Made by a program: the position numbers and the translations under genes | Source: Methanosarcinaceae archaeon | GTDB lineage: Archaea; Halobacteriota; Methanosarcinia; Methanosarcinales; Methanosarcinaceae | Direction of reading: 5' to 3' | Length of the DNA: 24,669 nucleotides | Assembly: GCA_021106765.1 (NCBI GenBank) | Contig: JAIOTO010000108.1 | Coordinates: 1-24,669, forward strand | Notes under the pieces: generated by a model | What the model saw: the letters and a program-made list of their open reading frames with translations, nothing else | The model's database searches: none | What the model was told of the DNA's origin: nothing | Shown here: piece after piece, positions 10,960 through 18,889 of the stretch | Position numbering within the stretch: the first letter of the stretch is position 1 | How the letters are laid out: every line of letters begins with the position of its first letter

Positions 10960-12600
10960 TTACCGTTTCGAACCAAATATCTTACTGAAAAGTTTTCCTT
11001 TTTCCCCATCCTGCTGTCGACGGGGTTCCCTTTTAGGAGGAGGTGTGAGCTGCTCCTCATCGGACCTATTCTCGACAGTAACCGGGGATGGAGGTTTCGT
11101 TGTGGAAGCTTTTGCAACAGGACCTTTTGCAACAGACCATGAACCTTTGAGAACATTCACAGATTCACCACCATGTTTTGATTTCCTTACACGCACATCC
11201 ACAAGAATAGGCCGTTCGATATCATTGCTCACAAGCATAGCCACACCTGGCGGCAGACGAATAAGCTCGTCCTCAACATACGAATTCACGCCTTCGAGCC
11301 CTTTGCTGATCGACTTGAGATCATTGGGATTTGTCACCTTCATTATTATCTGGGTACCGCACTGTGATAGGACATTCTTATCAACCCTGGCCGGACGTTG
11401 GGATATGATCATCATTCCCAGACCGAATTTACGTCCCTCGGACGCAATGGTTCTCAACACCTCGGTACTTGCCGTTTTACGGAATCCTTTTTCAGGAGCA
11501 AAGTTGTGTGCCTCCTCTACTACCAGCATGCCAGGGGGGATGCGTCCCATCTTTCGTGCTTCGAACAGTGATTCACATAACCGGGCCACGATCATGCTCT
11601 GGATATCAGGTGGCACTCCCTTAAAATCGACCACAGACACCCGTCCCCTCTGCATTAGTTCCTCCACCGACGTAGGACTTGTGGAAAGGATGTCCATCTC
11701 ACGTATGTCCTCCAGCAGACTTATCACATTCCATCTGGCCTTACTCTCGTTATTACCAACCTCGATGATGATATCATCAAGGGAATACGTCTCCATCTCT
11801 GCCCGGAGCTTCTGTACCGACTCATACAGGATACCCATATGTGTACTAGTATAGTTGTCCGGGAAAATCGCCGTCAGCTCCTTCACCTTCGGGCTTATGC
11901 CATTTAACCGGAATACCTTATCAGCTGATGGATTGATCGCCTTGTTCGCAGGAGTATATACTGTCACTTTCGAACCATACCCCTTTGCAGAAACACCATA
12001 TTTCTTGAAATCTGCATTCTTGGAAGCTTTCTCCTTCAATGAAGAATACTCACCATGAGGGTCAATGATCAACAGAGGAATATCCCGATCGATCAATTCT
12101 TCAAGCAGGACGGCAGCAGTATATGATTTTCCACTTCCGGTCTTCGCAAGGATGCTGCAATGTTTCTGGACAAGACTGTTCACATTCAGGTGGATGGGAA
12201 TATCCGTACCATTCAGAAGTCCAATGTACATCTCGTTCCCGGACAGACCGAGCACAGTGCGAATGAGATCATCATCTGCCTTATATATAGGATCTCCCGG
12301 ACTGAATGGCGTCAGCGGTGCCTTCAGGAGACCAGAACGATCCCTGGTACCTATAACCGTTGCCTCTGCCAGGATACGGTCTCCGCTCTTGTCCTTTCGG
12401 CTACCCCCTTTTGCATCCTCGAACGAGTATGAGTCACTGGAACGAGTAATGGAAAGAACATGTGCAAGGACCCAGCCATCAGTCTCATGCCAAGCCTTAA
12501 CGTATTCTCCCCTCATAACTGCAGTACTATCTGATATTAGGAACTTTAAATCTAGTGTTCCAGTCTCTCCAAATATAACGCCTACTGAACCGCTTACCAT
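10960..12600 (-). CDS. HerA-like ATPase of the FtsK-HerA superfamily (HAS-barrel plus DUF87 ATPase, 546 aa) with a disordered basic C-terminal tail
   Basis: Walker A is ILAKTGSGKSYTAAV and Walker B is MLVVEEAHNFAP. An N-terminal HAS-barrel-like segment is present. The C-terminal ~60 aa are Pro/Lys/Arg rich. No NurA partner lies adjacent. Confidence 0.78.
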   Translation of the reverse strand: MVSGSVGVIFGETGTLDLKFLISDSTAVMRGEYVKAWHETDGWVLAHVLSITRSSDSYSFEDAKGGSRKDKSGDRILAEATVIGTRDRSGLLKAPLTPFSPGDPIYKADDDLIRTVLGLSGNEMYIGLLNGTDIPIHLNVNSLVQKHCSILAKTGSGKSYTAAVLLEELIDRDIPLLIIDPHGEYSSLKEKASKNADFKKYGVSAKGYGSKVTVYTPANKAINPSADKVFRLNGISPKVKELTAIFPDNYTSTHMGILYESVQKLRAEMETYSLDDIIIEVGNNESKARWNVISLLEDIREMDILSTSPTSVEELMQRGRVSVVDFKGVPPDIQSMIVARLCESLFEARKMGRIPPGMLVVEEAHNFAPEKGFRKTASTEVLRTIASEGRKFGLGMMIISQRPARVDKNVLSQCGTQIIMKVTNPNDLKSISKGLEGVNSYVEDELIRLPPGVAMLVSNDIERPILVDVRVRKSKHGGESVNVLKGSWSVAKGPVAKASTTKPPSPVTVENRSDEEQLTPPPKREPRRQQDGEKGKLFSKIFGSKR

Positions 12601-12664
12601 TATAGCCTCTCGCCAACGATCATTTCAGGTACCCAATATGCCTTATACTAATTATGTTTTATTA

Positions 12665-13468
12665 TCAGGCCTCTGTCAGATGCAAGATCTCTTTGGGCGC
12701 ATCTGCCAGTTTTACGAGAGCTTCGGCCTCGATGAAATGCAACGATGCCGGTATCACAAGTATATGCAGCGGCGCTCCGAGGTCCACATCTATCAGGGAC
12801 AGTGCGAAATCCGCCCGAACAGTGGGATTCTCAGAACCTGCGCGTGCAATTCCAACAGCAAGACAGTTCTCCATCACACCCTCTGAGCGCCGGGATTCCA
12901 TTTCAAGTAGTAGCTCAAGTGCCCTGTTGACCGTCATGAAACCCCTATCCTTGTCGATATCCAGAAAAACAGCGGTGTGAAGTCCATTTTCCATATTCAT
13001 TTTTATCGTGTCATAAGGGGTCTCTGAGATAATGGTCTTGCCACGGCTGCTGGTGTACGGATGAGGGACAGTAGCTGACTTGCCAAATCGGTAGTTCTGC
13101 AATCCAGACAGACCACAGATGGCCGATGCGATGGATGCACCATGGATCAATGCGGTATTGATACCCAGATCAATTGCACGCAGCCGAAGGTCCACATGGG
13201 TAGTGGAGACCATTGTGTCTCCGCCGGTCAGGAAAACTACGTCCTTATCCTTTGCCTCATGCAACCAGTCAGGATGTTGTTCCACATCCTCACGAGTGAG
13301 CACATGGATCTTCTTCTGGTAGAGTTCCTCCATCTTCTCGATATCCGTGCCCAACAGATTGGATGTATAGAACTCCACATAGACCTTATCAGCATTCTGG
13401 ATCGTTCGTAAACCTTTCAGGGAAATATCAGTCTCATCAAAAAGACCAAGTCCTACAAAATATAGCAT
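12665..13468 (-). CDS. dph5: Diphthine synthase (267 aa)
   Basis: The N-terminus MLYFVGLGLFDETDISLKGL and the tetrapyrrole-methylase fold motifs (VVFLTGGD, IHGASIASAI) are typical of archaeal and eukaryotic Dph5. Confidence 0.9.
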   Translation of the reverse strand: MLYFVGLGLFDETDISLKGLRTIQNADKVYVEFYTSNLLGTDIEKMEELYQKKIHVLTREDVEQHPDWLHEAKDKDVVFLTGGDTMVSTTHVDLRLRAIDLGINTALIHGASIASAICGLSGLQNYRFGKSATVPHPYTSSRGKTIISETPYDTIKMNMENGLHTAVFLDIDKDRGFMTVNRALELLLEMESRRSEGVMENCLAVGIARAGSENPTVRADFALSLIDVDLGAPLHILVIPASLHFIEAEALVKLADAPKEILHLTEA

Positions 13469-13615
13469 AGACCCGAATTGGAGGGGTTATATGTTAAAGG
13501 TTTTGAATGGGAAATATAGGGGATGATTTAATATGAGCTACAGTACTTCCAATAAAAGTTACAAACAAAATTTCATTTATATATTATTGTTGAAACTGGC
13601 CCCTTTTCCTGAAAT

Positions 13616-15160
13616 TCACTCAAGCTTTGCACCACATTCCATACAGAATTTCTCATCATCCATTGCTTCCCTGCCACACTGTGGACAAAGGCGTTTTTGT
13701 GCACCTATTTTCGAACGCTGTATGACACTGTCCTGGATCGTTGTTCTATTGATGTTGTACTGTGTGAGACCCTCATCCACAAATATCCTGATATCGATCC
13801 TCCTTTCGATCTCTTCAAGCATCTTGTGATAGAAACCGGTAAGTGCATCTTCCTTCTCAGCCCACGTTTTCAGGATCAGACGGGATCTTCGTTTGCCCAC
13901 CACTTCAACGTAGGCTGCATACCGCATGTCTGCAATACCCTCCGCATAGAACCTTGCAACACCTGTGAACAACTGCGGAGTGGAAGTTATTTCGGGTTTG
14001 ACCATATACATGTTCATATCCCTGAGGACCCTTGTAACGATGTCGAACAGGTTCTCGGAAGGTATTCCGAGATCTTTTGAATCCTCCTCGGCCATAAGCA
14101 TATCACTGACAGCCTGTCTCCATGAACCTTCATCAACCTCTTTGATCTTGAAGACCGGACATATGATAGATATCATCCTGCTGTTCATATCACATCTCTT
14201 ATGTTTTTTGGTGTTATAGTCATAATAACTGATATCACCAGAGACATTACATTCGCCACATTCCCCTGTGGGTCTTATCTTGAACGTAACAGTCTTGCCT
14301 TCATCCGGTTCAAGCATGGAAATGGATAATTCCTTAGTTCTTAGCATGAATACATCAGGAACTAAAAGGTTGATCCTGATGTCACCTATCGGTTCTGTGG
14401 TGTGGTTCTCTACCTTGACCTTATAGAATATCATGGCACCTTTATAATAAAAGGCAGATTTTACTTTAACAAAGCCTGACTCGACCTTTGAGGATGCGGG
14501 TCCTTGTGTTCTTTGTTTGACGGGTGCAGGAACTGTTTTTCCTGACATGGGATTTAGTGATGGAGACGGAACCCCTTTTTTAGATGAAGACTTACTCTCC
14601 CTTCTACGTTTTATCCGTCTTCCCACTTTTCTTGCCACTATAAAAACAAGTATCCAGAACACCACTACCATGACAATACCAACGGCATCCTCCACATTTT
14701 GATCCGTTGAAGAAACATCGGAAACCGGATCGTAAACATAAGTCGGACGGTAGTCAACATCGGCCTTTTCAGATACTGCCGGTATGACAGTAGAACCTGA
14801 ATTACCCATCTTGGAATAATGGTAGATATTTGATATCACAACATAATCAGCATATGAATCTGATCTTGTCTTTACAATATCAAAACTCAGGGTCAGGTAA
14901 TCGTCATCATAATAAAAGCTATCGTCCTTATAATAAATCCAATCGATCAGGACTATCCGGTCTCGTGTTATTGATAACTGCACATAATCATAATATGTAT
15001 CCACAGAAATAACGTTCAGGTAATACCTATCGCTGAGCTCAATTGTTTCCCCTTCCGTCAGTATATACTCATCCACCGCCGGGGCTATTGTAGCATTGAC
15101 AAATATCAGGTTGATCAACACAAACACTTTCAAAATGGTCCCTAGGTCTTTGATCCTCAA
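13616..15160 (-). CDS. Type-I membrane protein: signal peptide, Tyr/Asp-rich extracellular domain, one TM helix, basic juxtamembrane stretch, cytoplasmic domain, and a C-terminal double zinc ribbon (514 aa, TTG start)
   Basis: The N-terminal hydrophobic segment is ILKVFVLINLIFVNATIAPA. The TM helix is VGIVMVVVFWILVFIVA, followed by RRIKRRRESK. The C-terminus is CPQCGREAMDDEKFCMECGAKLE. An SD (AGGTG) lies 9 nt upstream of TTG at 15160. The first in-frame ATG is about 118 codons in, so the exact start is uncertain. Confidence 0.65.
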   Translation of the reverse strand: MRIKDLGTILKVFVLINLIFVNATIAPAVDEYILTEGETIELSDRYYLNVISVDTYYDYVQLSITRDRIVLIDWIYYKDDSFYYDDDYLTLSFDIVKTRSDSYADYVVISNIYHYSKMGNSGSTVIPAVSEKADVDYRPTYVYDPVSDVSSTDQNVEDAVGIVMVVVFWILVFIVARKVGRRIKRRRESKSSSKKGVPSPSLNPMSGKTVPAPVKQRTQGPASSKVESGFVKVKSAFYYKGAMIFYKVKVENHTTEPIGDIRINLLVPDVFMLRTKELSISMLEPDEGKTVTFKIRPTGECGECNVSGDISYYDYNTKKHKRCDMNSRMISIICPVFKIKEVDEGSWRQAVSDMLMAEEDSKDLGIPSENLFDIVTRVLRDMNMYMVKPEITSTPQLFTGVARFYAEGIADMRYAAYVEVVGKRRSRLILKTWAEKEDALTGFYHKMLEEIERRIDIRIFVDEGLTQYNINRTTIQDSVIQRSKIGAQKRLCPQCGREAMDDEKFCMECGAKLE

Positions 15161-15476
15161 TTTGTGACACCTGTTATCGTTGTTTTATCCTGCTTCTATT
15201 TGTCTCAATTATAATTAAGACCTTCTAATATTCAAAACTTACATTGACCTGCTTCTTCAAATAAACACATTGGAATTGTTACTCAAATATGATCTCACAG
15301 TCCGCACAGAAATTCCTGCCTGATCCCAATTCATGTGTATAATTTAAAACTGACCCTATTGATACCCGTATTGCAGTATTTGTATTTACTATATATATCA
15401 CCAGCTATCTCAGCATCTTTACATAACCAAAACAATACTTTCGACCCGGCTACATAGATAGATATTGCTCATATAT

Positions 15477-16769
15477 TCACATCTTAGTTCCACATTGCCC
15501 ACAGAAGTTAGCTTCAGCCGGTATTGTCGTGCCGCAGGCTGGACATTTGCGAACGCTGGGAGACATTTTTGCCTGTGCAGCACCCATCATCTTCGAGTCC
15601 AGATCCTGTCTTCGATAGGAATCTTCACGTTCACGGTCTTCCACTTTCATCATAAGATCGAGTTTGTCATCCTTTGCTCTTGCCTCGCTTTCCTTGACCT
15701 TGGCCAGTGCTGCGATCTGTTCCGGTGATAGACTGCCAAACTCGCGCCCTTCGCTGATGGTCTTTGCCGTATCAGCACCACCCGCCTCAGTAACAGTTCT
15801 GACATATTCCATATCACGTGCGTGTTCCCGATCCTGCATATCCTGTTCCACTTCAAGCTCGGCGCGCACACCTCTGGCTTTGGAAAGATGCATGTCTTCT
15901 TTTAACTTAAGGGCTTCACGGGCTGCCCTGATGTCCGATTCATCCTCCAGACGTTCGATCTCAAGCTGTGATTTCACACCTTTTAACTGCTGATCCCTCT
16001 CAAAATCCACCCCGGCAGAAACTGTTGCCTGCTCTGCACGAACTCCTGCTACATCCACTCTCCCCGCACGTTCATGATCACCTTCAATGGAAAGTGTATC
16101 CATCTCTTTGAGCTCTTCATGGGTCTGGTATTCGTTCCTCTTCGCCATGACCTCTGCATAGCTTCCAAGATCCCATTGCACCGTGTACTTCATCAATTCA
16201 AGTCCCCACATGGTAAGGGTGGACTTGAGTTGCATCTCCAGTTCGTTCTCCATTGTAAGTTGAAGATCCCGGTTACCGTAGATGTTCTCGATACTCACCT
16301 GTCTTATCTCAGGTTCCAGTACTCTGGTGATAGTCTCGCTCTTAAGATGCTGGTAGATATCCTGAATGGAAAGTGTCCTCTCACCGTTCTTAGCAGGAGT
16401 TGTATAAGAAAAGAACATCTGGAAAAAATGCTTTGGGTCCTGGATCCTGAACCGCAAGAGACCTTTGCACCCCACGTTCTGATCGTCAGAGGTCCACATA
16501 TCAGCGTATTCCCATTCAAGATCCTTTACGGACGTATCCATGAGTGCAACATCGACATCTGCCCTTATGTTACCTGGTTTGAACAAACCACCTACACGCA
16601 GTTTGCCACTATCGATTATTTCTTCGACCACTCCATTCTTGATCATAACGGCCTTTTCGTTGGGGGAAAGTATGATCGATTTGGAGAACACACCGCTTAC
16701 ATCTCTTTTTGATATCACACGGGCAATGTCATCGGACTGCTTTTTCCATTTGAATACCATATTTAGCAC
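15477..16769 (-). CDS. SPFH/band-7-like domain protein with a long charged coiled-coil region and a C-terminal double zinc ribbon (430 aa)
   Basis: The N-terminal ~210 aa have SPFH-like motifs (SPNEKAVMIKNGVVEEII, TSDDQNVGCKGLLRFRIQDPKHF, WGLELMKYTVQWDL). The central ~170 aa are E/R/D/K-rich and predicted coiled coil. The C-terminus is CPACGTTIPAEANFCGQCGTKM. An SD (AGGTG) lies 9 nt upstream of the ATG. Confidence 0.7.
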   Translation of the reverse strand: MLNMVFKWKKQSDDIARVISKRDVSGVFSKSIILSPNEKAVMIKNGVVEEIIDSGKLRVGGLFKPGNIRADVDVALMDTSVKDLEWEYADMWTSDDQNVGCKGLLRFRIQDPKHFFQMFFSYTTPAKNGERTLSIQDIYQHLKSETITRVLEPEIRQVSIENIYGNRDLQLTMENELEMQLKSTLTMWGLELMKYTVQWDLGSYAEVMAKRNEYQTHEELKEMDTLSIEGDHERAGRVDVAGVRAEQATVSAGVDFERDQQLKGVKSQLEIERLEDESDIRAAREALKLKEDMHLSKARGVRAELEVEQDMQDREHARDMEYVRTVTEAGGADTAKTISEGREFGSLSPEQIAALAKVKESEARAKDDKLDLMMKVEDREREDSYRRQDLDSKMMGAAQAKMSPSVRKCPACGTTIPAEANFCGQCGTKM

Positions 16770-16856
16770 ACCTATTATGTTCCTTGATCTTCTGCACCTG
16801 TAGAAAATGAGTTTCCTTATTTACATGTATATAGCAAGTATTATATATAGTGTTTT

Positions 16857-16872
16857 CCATTGTATACAATGG
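16857..16872. promoter_or_regulatory. Perfect 16-bp palindrome CCATTGTATACAATGG in the divergent promoter region, a candidate operator
   Basis: The element is exactly self-complementary. It lies just downstream of the TATA-like box TTATATATAG (16841-16850) and about 32 nt upstream of the start of the small RHH-like gene that heads the ESCRT-like operon. Confidence 0.5.
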
Positions 16873-16903
16873 TATATGTTATAGTATATCAAGCGGAGAT
16901 ATT

Positions 16904-17059
16904 ATGAAAAGATCCTACCCAGTGAGCGCAAGAGTCTCAGAGGATATTAAGCAATATTTAAGTGGACTTGTGGAAATGGGAATGGCAATTAATACATCTG
17001 AAGCATTGAAATTATGCATAAGATATGCCAAACAAAAGAAAATGGAGGAGGAACTCTAA
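16904..17059 (+). CDS. Small ribbon-helix-helix (CopG/Arc-like) putative transcriptional regulator (51 aa)
   Basis: The predicted beta-strand (SYPVSARVSEDI) followed by two helices (KQYLSGLVEMG and TSEALKLCIRYAKQ) fits the RHH pattern. An SD (GGAGAT) lies 5 nt upstream of ATG at 16904; the longer ORF starting at 16850 lacks an SD. Its stop TAA abuts the next ATG, which implies translational coupling. Confidence 0.55.
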   Translation: MKRSYPVSARVSEDIKQYLSGLVEMGMAINTSEALKLCIRYAKQKKMEEEL

Positions 17060-17629
17060 ATGGGACTTACGAATCCGTTCAAGAAAGTGTCACCTGAAGA
17101 GCTGAAAACAAAACTTGCAATATCAGAGCAGAGATTGAGCGCCCGCGAGAACGAACTGATCAAAAAGCGCCAGAAGGCACGTGAACAGGCAAAGGATGCA
17201 CTCAACAGCGGCAATGACCGCGAATTCAGAGTAGCATCGCGTCGTCACTCCATGGTAGATGGACAGGTCAACACCATCAGCAGTATGGTGGAGATGGCAC
17301 AATCCATGGAAGATGTCATAGAGATGGAAACCGGTCTGAAAGAGGTCGTTGAGATCGGAGATAATCTTGGAAAATGGCAAAAACAGCTTGGATTTGATAC
17401 TGCCAAATTGGAGGGTGCAGTCACCAACATCCGCACATCAATGGAAAAGGTGAACAGTGCAACAAATATGATGACCTCGTCCATGGATGCTGCTATGTCT
17501 GGTGGAAATGAACTTTCTGATATGCAGGATTCCCTCAGGGCTGAGCTGCTGGCAGAACTCAGCAGTGATACCGTGTCTGAGGACAATTTATCAAAGAAGA
17601 TCGAATCTGAGATGAAAGAGAGTGAGTGA
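17060..17629 (+). CDS. ESCRT-III/Snf7-family protein (CHMP/Vps2-like helical hairpin core, 189 aa) with a C-terminal MIM-like amphipathic helix
   Basis: The N-terminus MGLTNPFKK, the basic helix-1 (ELIKKRQKAREQAKDALNSGNDREFRVASRRHSMVDGQV) and the following helices track CHMP2/Vps2 motif by motif. The C-terminal acidic region holds DMQDSLRAELLAEL, which resembles MIM1. A GGAGGAGG SD lies 8 nt upstream. Confidence 0.72.
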   Translation: MGLTNPFKKVSPEELKTKLAISEQRLSARENELIKKRQKAREQAKDALNSGNDREFRVASRRHSMVDGQVNTISSMVEMAQSMEDVIEMETGLKEVVEIGDNLGKWQKQLGFDTAKLEGAVTNIRTSMEKVNSATNMMTSSMDAAMSGGNELSDMQDSLRAELLAELSSDTVSEDNLSKKIESEMKESE

Positions 17630-17700
17630 GCTGACGTTGTTGTGGTAAAGTTCTGAATAATGAAACACCACACAACGTATCAATAAGTGGAGGGATTACA

Positions 17701-18852
17701 TTGGAGTCTGCAAGTTCACTGGCGGCACAAGCCCGCGGGTATGCAAAAGCTGCAAGAACCTTAGAAGATGATAACGAGAAGGCGCGGGCAAGGGAGCTCT
17801 ACCTGAAGGCAGCTAAGTTCTACAACGAAGCATCCCTGGTAACAACTGACAAGACCGACAGGAACACACAGCGCGACCTTGCAGAACATCTTCTCGATAA
17901 GGCACAGTCCCTCAAACGCTCCGGTACCCGGTATTCGGGTTCAGGAGTGAAGGAAGAAAGCGGGGATACTGACGAATCCGCATTATCTGAGGATGACCTT
18001 ATTATGAAACATACCCCAAATATCGGTTTCTCCGATATTGGTGGTCTCGAAACTGTTAAAGACGATATCAGGAAGGCTATTATCTATCCTTTTACCCATA
18101 CAGAACTCTACAAGTTATACGGACAGAAAGCAGGCGAGGGCATCCTGCTCCACGGTCCACCGGGCTGCGGTAAGACCATGATGGCAAAGGCGGCTGCAAA
18201 GGAATGCGGTGCGGATTTCATCAGTGTGAAGACCAGCAGCATTGTGAGCAAGTGGGTGGGTGCATCTGAAAAGAACATAAAGAAGGTCTTTGAAACTGCA
18301 CGTCGTTGCGAGAAGGCGATCATATTCTTCGATGAAATAGATTCCATTGCAGGGCGCCGCAGCGAGGCTGAGGATTACGCCAAACGTGTGGTGAACGAGC
18401 TCCTTGCCCAGATGGATGGTGTCGATACCGCTGATGATAAACTTCTGATACTTGCTGCAACCAACGAGCCCTGGGCCATCGATCCAGCCCTTCGCCGGCC
18501 CGGACGTTTCAGCAAACTCGTGTACATACCTGAGCCTGATCGCGATGCCCGTGATACGATCTTCAAGATCAACCTTAAGAAAAGACCCATTGCCAATGAT
18601 GTGGATGCTGGTCGACTGGCCAAGATAACAGAATCATATTCCGGCGCCGACATTGCTGCCATCTGTAAGGAGGCGGCAGACATACCATTGGGCGAAGCGT
18701 TGCGCGGAGGAGAGCCGCGCAAGATCGAAATGAGAGATTTTGTGACTGTGCTGGAGAGCCGAAAACCTTCTATACGCAGCTGGTATGCGGAAGCAAAAAA
18801 AGAGATCAGGAAAAGCGGGGAAGAGGATGTTTTCGGAGAGGTCTTCAAGTAA
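17701..18852 (+). CDS. Vps4/CdvC-like AAA+ ATPase with an N-terminal MIT domain (meiotic-clade AAA, 383 aa, TTG start)
   Basis: The N-terminal ~75 aa form a three-helix pattern that aligns by eye with the Vps4 MIT domain (AAQARGYAKAARTLEDDNEKARARELYLKAAKFYNEA...RDLAEHLLDKAQSLKR). Walker A is GPPGCGKT, Walker B is IIFFDEID, and SKWVGASEK is the meiotic-clade signature. An SD (GGAGGG) lies 6 nt upstream of TTG. Confidence 0.85.
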   Translation: MESASSLAAQARGYAKAARTLEDDNEKARARELYLKAAKFYNEASLVTTDKTDRNTQRDLAEHLLDKAQSLKRSGTRYSGSGVKEESGDTDESALSEDDLIMKHTPNIGFSDIGGLETVKDDIRKAIIYPFTHTELYKLYGQKAGEGILLHGPPGCGKTMMAKAAAKECGADFISVKTSSIVSKWVGASEKNIKKVFETARRCEKAIIFFDEIDSIAGRRSEAEDYAKRVVNELLAQMDGVDTADDKLLILAATNEPWAIDPALRRPGRFSKLVYIPEPDRDARDTIFKINLKKRPIANDVDAGRLAKITESYSGADIAAICKEAADIPLGEALRGGEPRKIEMRDFVTVLESRKPSIRSWYAEAKKEIRKSGEEDVFGEVFK

Positions 18853-18889
18853 GATCGTTATGTGAGTTCCCGCATTAAGAGAAATTATT

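Noticed and set aside
11045-12886. Two plus-strand ORFs of 269 and 273 aa opposite the HerA-like gene
   Set aside because: They are antisense shadows of a well-supported ATPase gene. Their S/R/P-rich translations carry no motifs.
16074-16712. 212-aa plus-strand ORF opposite the SPFH/zinc-ribbon gene
   Set aside because: It is antisense to a better-supported gene, and the protein sequence has no features.
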